Shown in pieces: positions 1 through 12,600 of a DNA stretch of 64,000 nucleotides. Each line of letters opens with the position of its first letter. Within the stretch, counting starts at the first letter, position 1. The notes beneath the pieces were generated by a model. That model searched no databases. It was not told the origin of the DNA and worked only from the letters and a program-made list of their open reading frames with translations. Origin of the DNA: Yuukianura sp. NJ FZ-2021 (lineage: Eukaryota). The stretch covers positions 3,162,001 through 3,226,000 of the forward strand of contig CM102290.1 in the NCBI GenBank assembly GCA_046563655.1, written 5' to 3'. The translations under genes were made by a program, and so were the position numbers.

Positions 1-3000
1 CAAAGTACCAACGACTCACTTTGTCTCTGCATCCTCCCGTATTTCTCGGTTCCAAACAATCGGCTGAATGTTATTTGTGTCAGTTTTGCCAAATAAGCGT
101 TGGTTAGCAACAATTTTTCAAAAATTCTAAAATTAGGGACAGCCATAGAAGTTTTGTCAAGGAATGTCGCATACCTGTAGTTCTTTCTGGTGGGCAGTGC
201 TGTTGAATTCCATCACAAGTCTCCGTTTGCTGCATTTCCAGCTTACATTGTCGATGGTCAAAGAGTGGAAACTTGTACAGCCTGTCCCGTGTCCTGATGC
301 CCTTGCCACAAGTGACGGAGCAAGGACGCCAAGGGCCCCAATCTGTGACGTCACACCCTTCCCCTACTTCCTGAAACCACAAATTTTGTACTTTTGAGTC
401 ATAAGGTATTATTAAGAGTCGATCTATAGAAGGTCAAAGGTCAAACCTTTGACGAAACGTCTTCAGGATCCCGACATTCTGGAGTTTTGGGACATCTCGA
501 AGTATTTTTCAACTTGATATGCGTCTCACACTTGTGAATTTTGGCTTGCATGGGGCGTAGGAAACTTCTTGTTTGATGTCGGACCCCTTTGCCGCATGGA
601 TCACTGCAGATTGACCAAGGTCGCCATTCAGTTGTTCCACAAACGTCATTTAGTGGATCTCCGAAACCGGGTTCTTCGGGTGGCTTCCGACCGGTATCCG
701 GTACTCCTGGTACCGGTTGGCGGGGGCGTGGCTCGCGGTAGTAAGGACTCCTGTTGTCAACGTTGTAGACATTGAGTTGGTCGTATGGACTTTGTCGACC
801 AGAGTCATCATAAGAGCTTTGACCGGAATAAGTCCCCCTGTACATAGAAACTTAAGATTAGCTTAGTTAGGATAAACAACTAGAAAGATTTAGACTTAGC
901 GGTAAAATTCAGCCGTTAAGACCGAATTTCATACTTGCAAGGTCGTGGATTGTGACATGGTCGTTCAACGGTGTCTTGACGGTTACACTGAGCTTCCCTT
1001 GCGCGCACTTCATTTACATAGCGGCGTGTCTTTTTCTTTGTGCCTGTGCCGCAAGTTGGATTGCAAGGTGACCACTGTGACCAGGGGTACATGGCACATT
1101 CGGCTAAAACAAAAATAAAAAAATGAAAATTAATTAATACGCAGGGTTGTCAAAAATATGTGCTAAAAACTACCAAAATATGGACAAACAAAAATATTTG
1201 TTTAATCGCTCAAATATTTACTTATTTAAGATCAAGCGCAAATAAATAAATATTTAGCAACAAAAACCCGCAAATATTTTTTGCTAAAACTACGTAAATG
1301 AAGACTAAATATTTTTGGCATCCCTGCTAATAAGACACAACAGGACTACTTGTAACTACCGAGGTCTCTTACGTCTGTCTGTGTCCCTGTGTGGTGAATT
1401 CTCGTCGAATTCGTCATCTCCGTAGTCAGTGTGACCAAATGACCCGGTCGGATGAAATGTCTCTTCACATGCCCCGCGCTTGTAAGTTCTTTGTTGCTGA
1501 AGACGCAGAATCGCAAATGGTTTGAGTGCATTTCCATCAGGGTCGTAAAATGGTGAGTCGGGATTGCTGCTCCAAACAAGGCGCTGGATTTCAACTCTCG
1601 GAATTGTTGGTGAATCAGGATCCTAAATTTAGTTAAATAAAAAATTTCATAATTTAAAAAAAATCATAAAAGACGAACTGAAATTATTCCTACCGTGTAC
1701 GATGAACCGCTGTCCGTTCCAGCATCATTTGGATAAAGTTGAAGTACTTTCTCTGCCAACCAGCTTCCGTTTCTTCCACATAAGTTTACAGCCGAAACAC
1801 CAACGAACCAGTCGGGAGAAGGATCTGAATAGAAATTTAAAAATCATCACAATTTGTTAGAGGCGTTAATACGGAAATTTAGAAACCATAATTTTCGTTA
1901 CCAATTTTTGATACAAGGGAGATGAAATTATGGTTTTTGTCGGTTCTAAAAACAGCAAACGTTTTGAGTCCGTTAAAGTTGGTGTGTCGAAGTCCTCGAG
2001 CCTTGATGATGGTGCGAATATTTTCACTCTATGTTACAAAAATTAATTTCAAACTACAGAGCCTGGAATAGAGTTTAGCTAAATTTCCAGGTAAATAATA
2101 AGCAGCATGCTACGTGTGCTTGCTGGGGCTCCGCCAGATGCGCTCAAAATCGTTCTAATTTTTTAACACAACAATAATAACTTTTCCAAAACTAATACGC
2201 TAGAAACTTAGGTAGATGGTGTTTTATAAAGGAAAAATTTTAATTTCTCATGGACTGAGGAGGTTTTACAGTTTAGATAGTTTTAGAAAAAAGCGGTGAC
2301 TTAAAGCGAAAAAAAAGGTTGAGGGTGAAGAAATCACTAATTGTTAGTAAGTATGTAATTTCGGACATACCTCTCATCTGTAACTTTGCATTTGTATATA
2401 AATGGCTATCAAATCGAAATTACCTGTTCTTTGAGTTCCCCTTCCAAAGCCCTTGAGTCACCAGACTCCGCTACTTGACGAAGTCCTTCACTGGCCAAAT
2501 TCCCATAGTCCCAGAACCTTAAATTCAAAATTTTAAGCTTCAAGGAAGGTTTCAGGTTGGGCTTTGAATTGTTTCCACAAAGACTTGGGGAAGCATACAT
2601 GACAACATCATAAAAATCTGGCACAAAAACTAGCATACGATGGAAAAATCAAAATTTTATTAAAACTTTCAAAAATTTTAAAAATTAATATCTCTGCAAC
2701 GAAATGCCATAGAGAGGTAAACTCTTTGCTCCTGAATTTACAAAAATATGGACTTTGACCAAATGTCGAAAAAAATTCATGAACATGTATTTTTTTTTTC
2801 AAAATTTTACAAACAACTTTGTGTTTGACTTTGGAGTTTTCAAAATTTCTGAAAATTCTTCATATGTTTTGAGAGTTTTTAGAGAGTTTTCAGATTTTTT
2901 GACCAAAATAAAAGAAGCTCCTAAAACTGAACTGATCAAGTTGAAGTTCATTAATGTACCTGAAGTGGGGTCCATGTGAGGCTCCGATGATGTCACTGAA

Positions 3001-6000
3001 GTTGGCTCCCCATCCATTGGGGGGAAAGTGTTTTGGGTGGGTAAGGGCTGACCAGACGCCCTCAAAGGTCAACTCGTACTTAGCCTCGTCACAGGCCGTA
3101 CATGGCCCAGCGTCCTCGTCTTCGTCTTCTGGGCATAATGGCTCTGTTAGGTCTTCATCATCCATGTACCACTGCTGGTTGTTTTTCACTACAGTGGCTC
3201 TAGTAATTTAAGCATTTAGAATTAGTTAAAATTCAAATAATTTACATTTCATGAAATACTTGAAGACGACGCATCCAGCAGATACTGGAGGAGCCACCCA
3301 GAGTACTTCCACGCTTGACTTTGGTAGTTCCGAAGCATGCTTGACAGCATTGGGGCAAAATTCACTGAATCTGGCTTGTGAGTCGTCCTTGAGCCGAAAC
3401 GTCCCTGGAGACACTTGACCGGCATTCCCAAGGGCGGGTTCCGCAACGAGCAAAAATTTTGAAAATTTTTCTGTTCCTTGCTGATCATTTTTTCCTTGAA
3501 TTCGAACTACAATGAAACAAACCAAAAATAAATCAAATGCGAAACTTGTTGAGCAACTTCTGTGCTTATTGAAACACATTAGTGTAGCATTTCAAAATAA
3601 GATTAGTCTACCGACAAAAAAATTTTTGCACATAAAAAATATGAAAAAAGTGCAAAGTTTTTGAAATTGTGAAAAGTGATTTTGGCTTTCTCCCAAGTAG
3701 TATCATCAATTTCTTTAGAAAGTGACCTCATACGGCTATCTGGACATAGACTAACTTCACCAACAGTCCAGAGCGTGACACCGTTATTTCCGTTTCTATG
3801 GACCTAATAACAGTCAAATCCATTAGAAACTGTTGACCTTCCAGGAAGTTTCGAGAGTCCTTCTGTTCCGATTACCCCAAAGATCTCATTCGAATTTCCT
3901 GGAAGTGACACTTTCACCACCCTTTCTTATTCTCCAGAAACTTTGGAAGCATAAAGGCCTGTTCCGAATGGAGCCTTTTGTTCCTTGGAAGAGAAAATCT
4001 GGCGTAAGGGAGTGTTGGTCTTGGCTTAATTGCAAATTAATTCCTTCCAGCCGCCTCCTCCTTACTTTACTTTACTGGAAGTTCTGGAAGTGACGCTCTC
4101 CAAGAAACAGCTCTTCATTCAAGTTCCACCATTGGGAATATTTTTCAGCTCTAACTACTTAACTCAAAAGTCTAACATCGAAAATGCTTCTATCAAACTG
4201 CAAATCATACCAACTCTGGCCGATCAATTTTTCAAACATTCAAAATTTCAATCACATGAAATGTGATAACCGAATTTTTCTTATTTTTATTCCCGTTTTC
4301 TTGAATATGTCACCACTAAATATTTTTAGGCATATTTCGGAAAGTTTAAAACATTGAATATTATTAAGTTGAGTAAAATTCGGTTCAACCAAGCACTGAA
4401 AGTGCAGAATGAGCAAATTCTTGTCCTAAATTTCTTCCTATAATGAATGGGTCACAACTGGAACCACACAAATTTTAGCAAAACTTTTCTAAACGGCGTG
4501 AATGTTCATTTACAACCCAATTATCATTTGCCTTGACACATTCTAAACTGTTGGCAAGCGTCCAAGTACCCACCACTTCAATTCCAAGTTAAAATTAGCT
4601 TTAGAATTTCAAAAAATAGAAAATTTTGGATTCTTGTGCTTGATTGCACAATTAAATGTTAATACTTTTTAAAAATGACTAATGAAAGGAGAAAATGTTT
4701 TGGACAGAAAAGATTGAGGGATTTCTCAAGCTAATTTATATTTAGTTAGTTCCAAAAAGTTTGATTAACAAAAAAACGAGAAAGTAAAACTTCATTTTTT
4801 TAGAAAATGAGCCTGTCACTCTTATCCCTACTTTGGTAGAAATTTTAAGAGCTTTCAGTTTTTTTTCGAATTCGGCTGCCTCTTGACACCAACTTTATGA
4901 CAAACTTTCGTTCCCATCTAAATCCTACTTTAGAAACTTATTTTTCGAAGCTTAATTGCTAATCCCCCACAAAAAGTTTTCTCTTATCCCATAACTCTTT
5001 GTCCACAATCCAAAAAGCAAACAAAACGACAAACAAGAACTTTGGAAACACTTCAAACCTGCCTTTCAACAAATGCGAAATTTCAAAATAAAAAGAATTT
5101 TTTTTTCTCCAGGAGTCGATCCTAGCCAAAACCAAGCCTAACTTTTGATTTTTTTTTGGTTAAAGAAAAATCCCAAACGATTTCACACACTGCAGAGTCA
5201 TCGGATTTCGATTTGTGGAGATCCGCACTTTTGGGTGACCAAAAAGTGGTTGGTGACATTTGCATGGAAGTGGTGGTGGAGGCAAAAGGAGATTCGAACC
5301 AATGGATGCATTTGGTGGGTACACCGCTGCGCCCGGTGACACTTGAGACTTTCCTGGAAGGATTTGGTCCATTAGACTTGTAGGCAAACGGGTGTCTGTT
5401 CTGGACAGAACAATATTGAAGGATTTATTACTTCCAGTCACCGCGGCGGCGGTGAGCCTTCCGCCCAAATCCAATCTCTAACCAAAAACCAATTGATCTT
5501 CCTTTTGTTTGAACTAAAAGGTCAAGGAATGCACACTCAAAAACTTAGGCAAACAGAAACAACTTTCTCCACAAGTCATTCGATATCCCCGTCATAACCT
5601 AACAATCCATAGCGAACCATAACCTAGCAATCTAACAGAAACCAACAACTCCATCCATCATCATCCTCCAAGTTACGATTTCCAACAGTCTAAAAAATCT
5701 GTTTTCAGTTTCACCTTGAAACTAGTTTTTTTATTATTTTAGTAAAATTCTCACGCCTGAAGTAAAAGTTGACCTTGACCTTGACCCAGAGTGGGTTATA
5801 TTTTTTCTATTTTTAGCTTCACTTTGAGCATTTTTACGTTCGCCTTGTGTTGTCAAGTGAAATGGATTTTCTACCTGTCAGTGACAGGTTCGAATATTTC
5901 CGTAGGATTTGCTAGAGTACTTTCACTCCCCAAATGAAAAGGTACCGTAAATTGTGACTCCTGGACAGATTTAATTGGCAATTTTAGGAATAAGTTGGAA

Positions 6001-6953
6001 AGTGAAAGTGTGAAAGTGATGGGAACAATTAATTTATGCATTACAAATTGAAAGTTGGTGCTCCATTGTCTGGAAGCGTTGTTCCATCCTCTTAGTTCAG
6101 AATGGAAGAACATGGTTCCCTACTCTGAATAGAGGACATTTCCATGCAAATAAATTAATCAGCCTTTCTCCTGCTACTTTCTACTTCTGCAAATTTAGAA
6201 CTCTGCTGAGAAAATACTTTTGCGACGAAAATTTTAGAACAAACTTGAAACTTTTCCGATTTGGCAAAAAGTTTCCAGTTTTTGTTGTGCGATGGGCACT
6301 TTGGAACAGTCAGACTTTCCCTGATCATTTCTGCCAATTAAGGACCAAGCCAACCGCATAACCACTGAAAAAGAAAACGTTTTCATTCCAGCGCCAAATT
6401 TGAAGTTCTGTATCCAATTTTTGTCATTTTGATAAAAAATCAACGTATTAGCGAAGATTTCAAACCAAGCAAAATATCTTGAAGAAGTGAATAATTTTTA
6501 CGATGGAAATTCAAATTATACAAGAGGCAAAATAGAATTCTGGAAATCGTAGAGATTGGTCATGCCTCAAAGCGCGGTTAATCGAAAAAAAGTGAATTAA
6601 ATCACAACTATCAGCACGAGACCTTCTTGTGCTAAATTTGTACCAAAAGTCTTTGAAAACTTTTTTTTTGTCGTCCATGGGAAGGACTTAAGGAAAGTTA
6701 GAGTAAATATAGGAAAGTTTACAAGGAAAAGTGAAAAGTACTCACCAGGGTACACGGCTCCTGGGACATATTTTCCTGGACTTCCTTGGATGATCACTTC
6801 AAAATTTCCGTTGCCAGGGGTTTTGGGGACTGCCATGGCCGTGGTTCTGTCACACATTGAACCATGGCCCACAGTCCAGAGACACGATGACAAGAGCAGA
6901 ATGAATCCAGCGATCTGGAGCATGTCATGCTGACTCTTCTCCAGTCCAATCAT
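1..6953 (-). CDS. F-spondin / spondin-1-like secreted ECM protein (signal peptide, Reeler, Spondin_N, thrombospondin type-1 repeats); multi-exon, 3' end runs off the window start
   Basis: Exon 6746-6953 gives a hydrophobic signal (FILLLSSCLWTVG) and the Reeler start. Exon ~3260-3508 has VLWVAPPVSAGCVVF. Spondin_N motifs CTACDEAKYELTFEGVWSALTHPKHFP and GLRQVAESGDSRALEGELK, plus SPDWFVGVS (~1795-1825). Several WxxWxxCSxxCGxG TSR exons (104-382, 441-845, ~936-1100). Confidence 0.92.
1142..1326. mobile_element. hAT-type MITE in a spondin intron
   Basis: Terminal inverted repeats CAGGGTTGTCAAAAATAT ... ATATTTTTGGCATCCCTG. Flanking 8-mers TTAATACG / CTAATAAG match at 6 of 8 positions (decayed 8-bp TSD). 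Internal repeat TGCTAAAA(A)CTAC. Confidence 0.6.
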
Positions 6954-8132
6954 TATTCCAGTAATGCTGCTGTCGATTGTGGTGTTTACATTATTTTAAA
7001 AGCTTCACAGATTGAACCGTTTCTTCTCTGCGTTCAGAACAAGACAGAAGTTTTGAAATCTTTTTTCTAGTTGCCTTTCAATTCGAATTTTTGAAATTTG
7101 TAGTGAAACTAAATGCTGGACGAACAGAAAATGGAAAGTAAAAGTGAGTTTCCGTGTATAACTTGTGTTCATGTGATACTGGGTGAAGTTTTTTCAAGAC
7201 TAGAAGTCTTGTTCGTCGTTTAGCATTAAAAATAGACGACCTTTTAAGCGGTGAATCTACGTCGCTACACCGTGGTAGAGGACAGGATTTTTCTTAGAAC
7301 TTTTGGAATGACGAACCAGGATTTCTTCTCGCCCTTCTCTAAAGTCAATCTAGCCAAAATCCCCGCAACTTTGCCAAAAAGACGGAAAAATCCCAGCTCA
7401 CATATTAACATGTCAATTCAAACTGGAAGTCGTCAATTCCAAGAAAACACGAGGCGCAAATAAATTTGAACTTATCCGTACATAGTGATGGCATTTAAAA
7501 AAAAAGGAAGCGAGAATGCGATCTTGTTAAAATTAAGTAATAAAATTCAGCAAATTCTAGAAACAAAAAAAATACTGCGTTTCTAGACAAAATTTTTTAC
7601 TCTGCTTGTTCGGCTTGGCACGAAACGCAGAAAAAGTTGTGCTAAAATCGTGTGCCGAAAAGAAAACGCTCAAACACTTAGCAGAAACAATAAATTTAGT
7701 TTTTAAAACAACAAAGAAAGTAAAAACTTACATGAATATTGTTGTGGACTTGCGGACGCTATAAACTTTTTACATCGGATTTTGCTAACTGAAGGATTCT
7801 TGGAATTTTTTTTTTCAAATTGTCAACAAAAATGTAACCACAAAGTTGACCAAGTATTGTGCCAACTCCACTTTCAAAATCCCACTGTGACACGGAGAAA
7901 GTACTCGAAACCGCAGTATGAACACTTTTGGAGAAAGTTTAGGAAAAAGTCACGCCAAAAGCACTCATTCAGCCTTTATTCCCAAAAACCCTCGACGCCG
8001 TGAACGTCTACGGTAATCTTCACAAAGAATAGCAACGTCTACTACTCTCCGACCTTAGAAAAACAAAAAGTCAGAACACATTATGTAAAAATTTAAAAAG
8101 AAAGAAAACATAAGGTATGCATTTGGTTCCAT

Positions 8133-8294
8133 GCCATTGTAGTATCAATTGAATTACATCAACTGAAATTGTGTCAACTACCCTAAACAAATCTAACCTA
8201 AGCACAATAAGCAGTTCACGCGTTGACACTATTACAGTAGACATAATTCCACCTGATACAATTGTACTTGACAGAATTCAATTGACACAATGGC
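8133..8294. repeat. Degenerate inverted repeat, probable old MITE
   Basis: GCCATTGTAGTATCAATTGAATT... at 8133 is an imperfect reverse complement of ...AATTCAATTGACACAATGGC ending at 8294. No clear TSD. Confidence 0.4.
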
Positions 8295-9691
8295 GTTACA
8301 TCATGCACTTTCCCTCAAAAGATTTCCAAATCCAAAACGCTGTTTAAAAAACATCTTGCTTACAGAAAACCCCGAAAATTTAATCACAGTTTTTATTAAT
8401 ACAAAATTCTGTAATAAATATGTAATGTAAAGTAAATTGAGCATTTAGCAGCAAGTACATAAAGTATGAGAAATTGTACATCTTCATTAAATTAATATAG
8501 GCAAATCTAAATTTTAGTACATTTCAAAATTAATCTCTAAGTAAGTAGTTGTTTGCATTAGTTATAAAATGGAATAATCATAACTTAATTTAGAAAATGC
8601 AAAATTCGTTAGTTTACCGTACATTTCTGTGGAAAATTTGGAGAAAGTCCTTACTCCCCATGCAACGAATAGTTCAAAAGCAACTTTCCCTTCCACAGAC
8701 CCCCAGCATTGTTTAGAACGACATAAATGCTTGTCCATTTCTTTTAAAAGGAAAATATAAGGTTCATAGTAGTACAAAAATATTGTCATCACTGGAGAAT
8801 ACACTAGTACTTTTGGCTATCAAGGGTCAACTCCAAAATTAATATTAGATTCTGCATCCTCATCGCTGACTTGGAGTCCAGTACCATTGAGTTTTTGGTC
8901 ATCAAATGTCTTACATTCTAATGTTAAAGACACTCGGAGCAATAACAAGCAAAGTTGGCGAGAAGCAATATCCAGTCAGTGCTGGCAGGTTTCAGCACAA
9001 TTTTGAAGCGCTCCCAACTTCGAAACACGTCAAGCTAAAATCACATGAAACTAAAACAAGAAACAAGAGGGATAGGAAGTGCAGGGACTGAACAAGTGAT
9101 ATTTACCAAATTAATTTGATAGAAAACAAAAATAAGCAAATAGAAAGCATAAACGAATTGAAACAAGAGGAGTAATCGTAGGGTCTACACAATGGCAAAG
9201 GAAAATTGAAACAAAGAGAAAGTAGTAATTGCAAGTTGAACTGAGCATTGATCTTAAGATGGGAGTGATACCACAAAAACATCTTCACCCGAAGTTGACT
9301 ACAGCAGCACATTTGGTAGGAAACTTGCAAAATAAACAAAACGAAAAATTAAAAGACAAAACAAACGAAGAGTAAAACAATTTGTTTCAACTCTTTTCGA
9401 CAATTTTTACCTTCACAAGTACATTAGTATCTCCACAGAGCAACCTGGAATTCAAACAAGATTTTCCGTTAGCTTAGTGTACCTTAGGAAATTGTGACAT
9501 CCACTTTCTAGTAATGGAAGTTTGACATTGTCCAAAAAATCCATACCTATTCTGCATCCGCAGCAGCAGTGACACCTTCATTAGTTGCAGCATTTCCATC
9601 ATACAACGACTTCACTGGTGTTTTTCGACGTTCCGGCTCATTCATTTGGCCATTCTCCAGGTTTGAACTAAATTGCAAAGATCCAAGAACA

Positions 9692-12600
9692 TCATTCATG
9701 CCTGAAACAAATACAAACAACATAAAGTGATTTAGGAAAGATATACCGTAACTCATGTGTGCTGTCGCTTGTTAGACCAAGCGCCTTCTTCGTCTCTATC
9801 GTCACTAAAGAGACATAGGGTTCGAAACGCTGAGGAATTTCAACTTCAATTGTCTTCAAACAGCCTTTCAATTCATGAAATGGCACACGAAAACGCCCGT
9901 CCTCCAAATTAGTCTCATCTAGTTCGTCATCAGTTTCGACGTAGGAATGCTTGGTGATCCCAGTGAAACGAACACGCTGATTCGGACGCAAATTTAGTTC
10001 CTTGGGCTTCCGTACTTTTGGTGAAGTAGATGGACCAACTGGAACTTTGGCATTCTCTGGTAAAGTAATGTTCATCCCCAGCTTCTCAATTGCCTTCTGA
10101 GCTTCTGCGTACTTCCGGTCATACTCGGCCATGCTTGAATTTGGCAGCAAGTATCGAATTCCACTGAGCTTCCCACCATACTCAATGCAGGACTCTGTCA
10201 TCTTGACATACTGGGATTGCTCTTTTAGAAAAGTTGCTGTTCGTGATCGTACGATTGTTTCTAGTTTCTCTATCTTTTTCTTGTTGCCAGTCAGCTGTCG
10301 TTCAACATTAGCCAGTTGACGTGCGTAATAAATGCGCAAGTCGGTCAATTTCCTCTTTTGGAATTTTGCTGCAGATAGTTTCTTCAGTCTGACATTAAGT
10401 GCGTCAACCTTTGTAAGGCACTGCTTCCTATAACATAAAAACATCAACGTATATTACACCTTAAGCATTTGGAGTGTTTCCTTTCTCTAAATTTGAATTT
10501 GTAACTTACCTTTTGTTGACTAACTTCCGCTCCGCATTTCTCAAATTCAACTGAAGCTCTGACGTCTCCATCTTTCGACGAAGGGCGGCCTTCAACAGTC
10601 GTTCTCTCAGCAGTAGCTCCTTGTGCCGCTTCTCCTGGACAGTACCCTCAAGCGACTGAAATATAAGATTGATAGTTGTTGAATCCTTGGTAGGTTGCTG
10701 TTGAACATGTTCTTCTCCGTTGGCCATTTCAGTAGACTCGTTCACAGTGTCTCCATCCGGTTCCGCCAGGGCATCTCCAAACCTTTCATCAGTCGTGTCG
10801 GCTGCAGTGGTCGAATCTATAGATTCATTGGCTCCTAGTTGTTCTTCCTGCTCCGGAACTGGTAACACCTCTATAACATCCCACTCGAAATCAGTATCTG
10901 GAGTAGCATTCCTAGCACCAAACTGAATGTGGAAACCGATATCTTCAACGCCAGTTTCCGCCGCAGAGGGGCACATACATTCCTCATCCGAGATAGGTTC
11001 TTGCTTGATCTGGGTCACATCCAGCATATCCACTTCCATAGCTGTGCCAACTCCAGCTTGGCCACCAAATGTGTCTTCATGTTCTGTGTCTGCATTCGTC
11101 TCAACTGGCTCTTCTTCCACTTCAATTTTCGGCTGTAGTTGTTCTGTTTCCGGACCTTCTCGCCAATGAACTAGAAGAATTTGAATGTCTGGTTTGGCCT
11201 CAGTTTCATCACCTTCAACTTCCGTTTTCACTTTTACTTGATTGGTTTGAACAGATTCAGGTGTAGTAGTGGGGTAGAGAAGGAGCACTTCTGGTTTCGA
11301 GTCAATTTCAGTGTTTGAGACCGATTCCAGTTGTCCTGTTGTTAAGTTGATGTCTGAATCTGCATGAGTATCTTCAACTTCTTTCTTGACAGTTACACAG
11401 ACAATGGCATCCGGCTCAGTCGCTGGTTTCACTGGTTCTGCTGTGACGACTCTGCCAGAGTCATCCTCCAAAGTATTGACTTCCCTCTTCACTTCTACGT
11501 GGCCATCAAGAGGTTCCGTCATTCGTTTTACTTGTCCTGCAGTAACAACGCTGTCCGAATCGGCTTCTACATTCTCGACTTCCTTCTTGACTTCCACTTG
11601 ATCAAAACGACGTGCCTCCATAGTCGTTTCTGGTTGTTCGGCTCCTGGTGTCGAAATTGTATTTGCATCAGCATGATGAGTTTCAGTTTCTTTCTTTACT
11701 TCAACTTCACCAAAATGAAGTTCAACAATCGGTGCTGCTTGTTCTGTTCTGACGACTACGTCCGGCTCTAATTCAGCAGTTTCTACTTCTTTCTTAACTT
11801 CTAAGTGGCCAATTTCAACATCAGCGGACGCTTCGGACGATTTTGTTGTTTCGGCTGTGTCTGCGTCAGTAGGAACATTTTCAACTTCTTTTTTCACTTT
11901 GGATAGGTCAAATTCAACTTCAGTGTTGACTTCTGGCACGCCAGTTTCGACATTTCCACCGGACTCGACGCTGAGATCTTCAGTTTCTGACTTGGATTCC
12001 AATTCGACGTGATTCAATTCTTGAGCTCCTCTGGCTTCTGTTTCGGAGTAATTAGTTTGAATTTTTGTCGTTTCCGTGGAATCAACTTGAGGTGATTCGA
12101 GTTCTTGACGATGAAGATCAATTTCGTCTTCCGGCTGCTTATCTTTAGCGTTATTCGCTTTGTGCTTGCTGCCTGATTCAGTCTCATGGCTTCCCTCTCG
12201 ATCTCGTGCTGCAGCAGTGGTTAATGGGCCGTTTGTTTCCAAATTTGGTGTTACCACGTCTCGTTGCGAATGGTTTTGTTTAGACAACTTATTCACTTCC
12301 AGAGAATCACGATTCCCTTCTGAATGTGATGTTCTGACGACTCTTTTTCCTGGGGATGGTCTCTGGAAGCTCTTCGGAGATGGCTTATTGCTTAGGCTTG
12401 AAATCTCATTTGTAACGAACCTAGTTGACAATTCATGTCTTTCGACTTCGTTTGGATTGAAAAGATCAGTCTCCACTACTTGACGACGCCGGACATGGCG
12501 GTTTTCAGGGCCTTTTGCGTTTCCCCCCTTGGAATTCGTGAAGTTCATTTGAGCAGTTGAGGAAACTTCCATAGAATCCGCGTGATTATTTTGGAAATGT

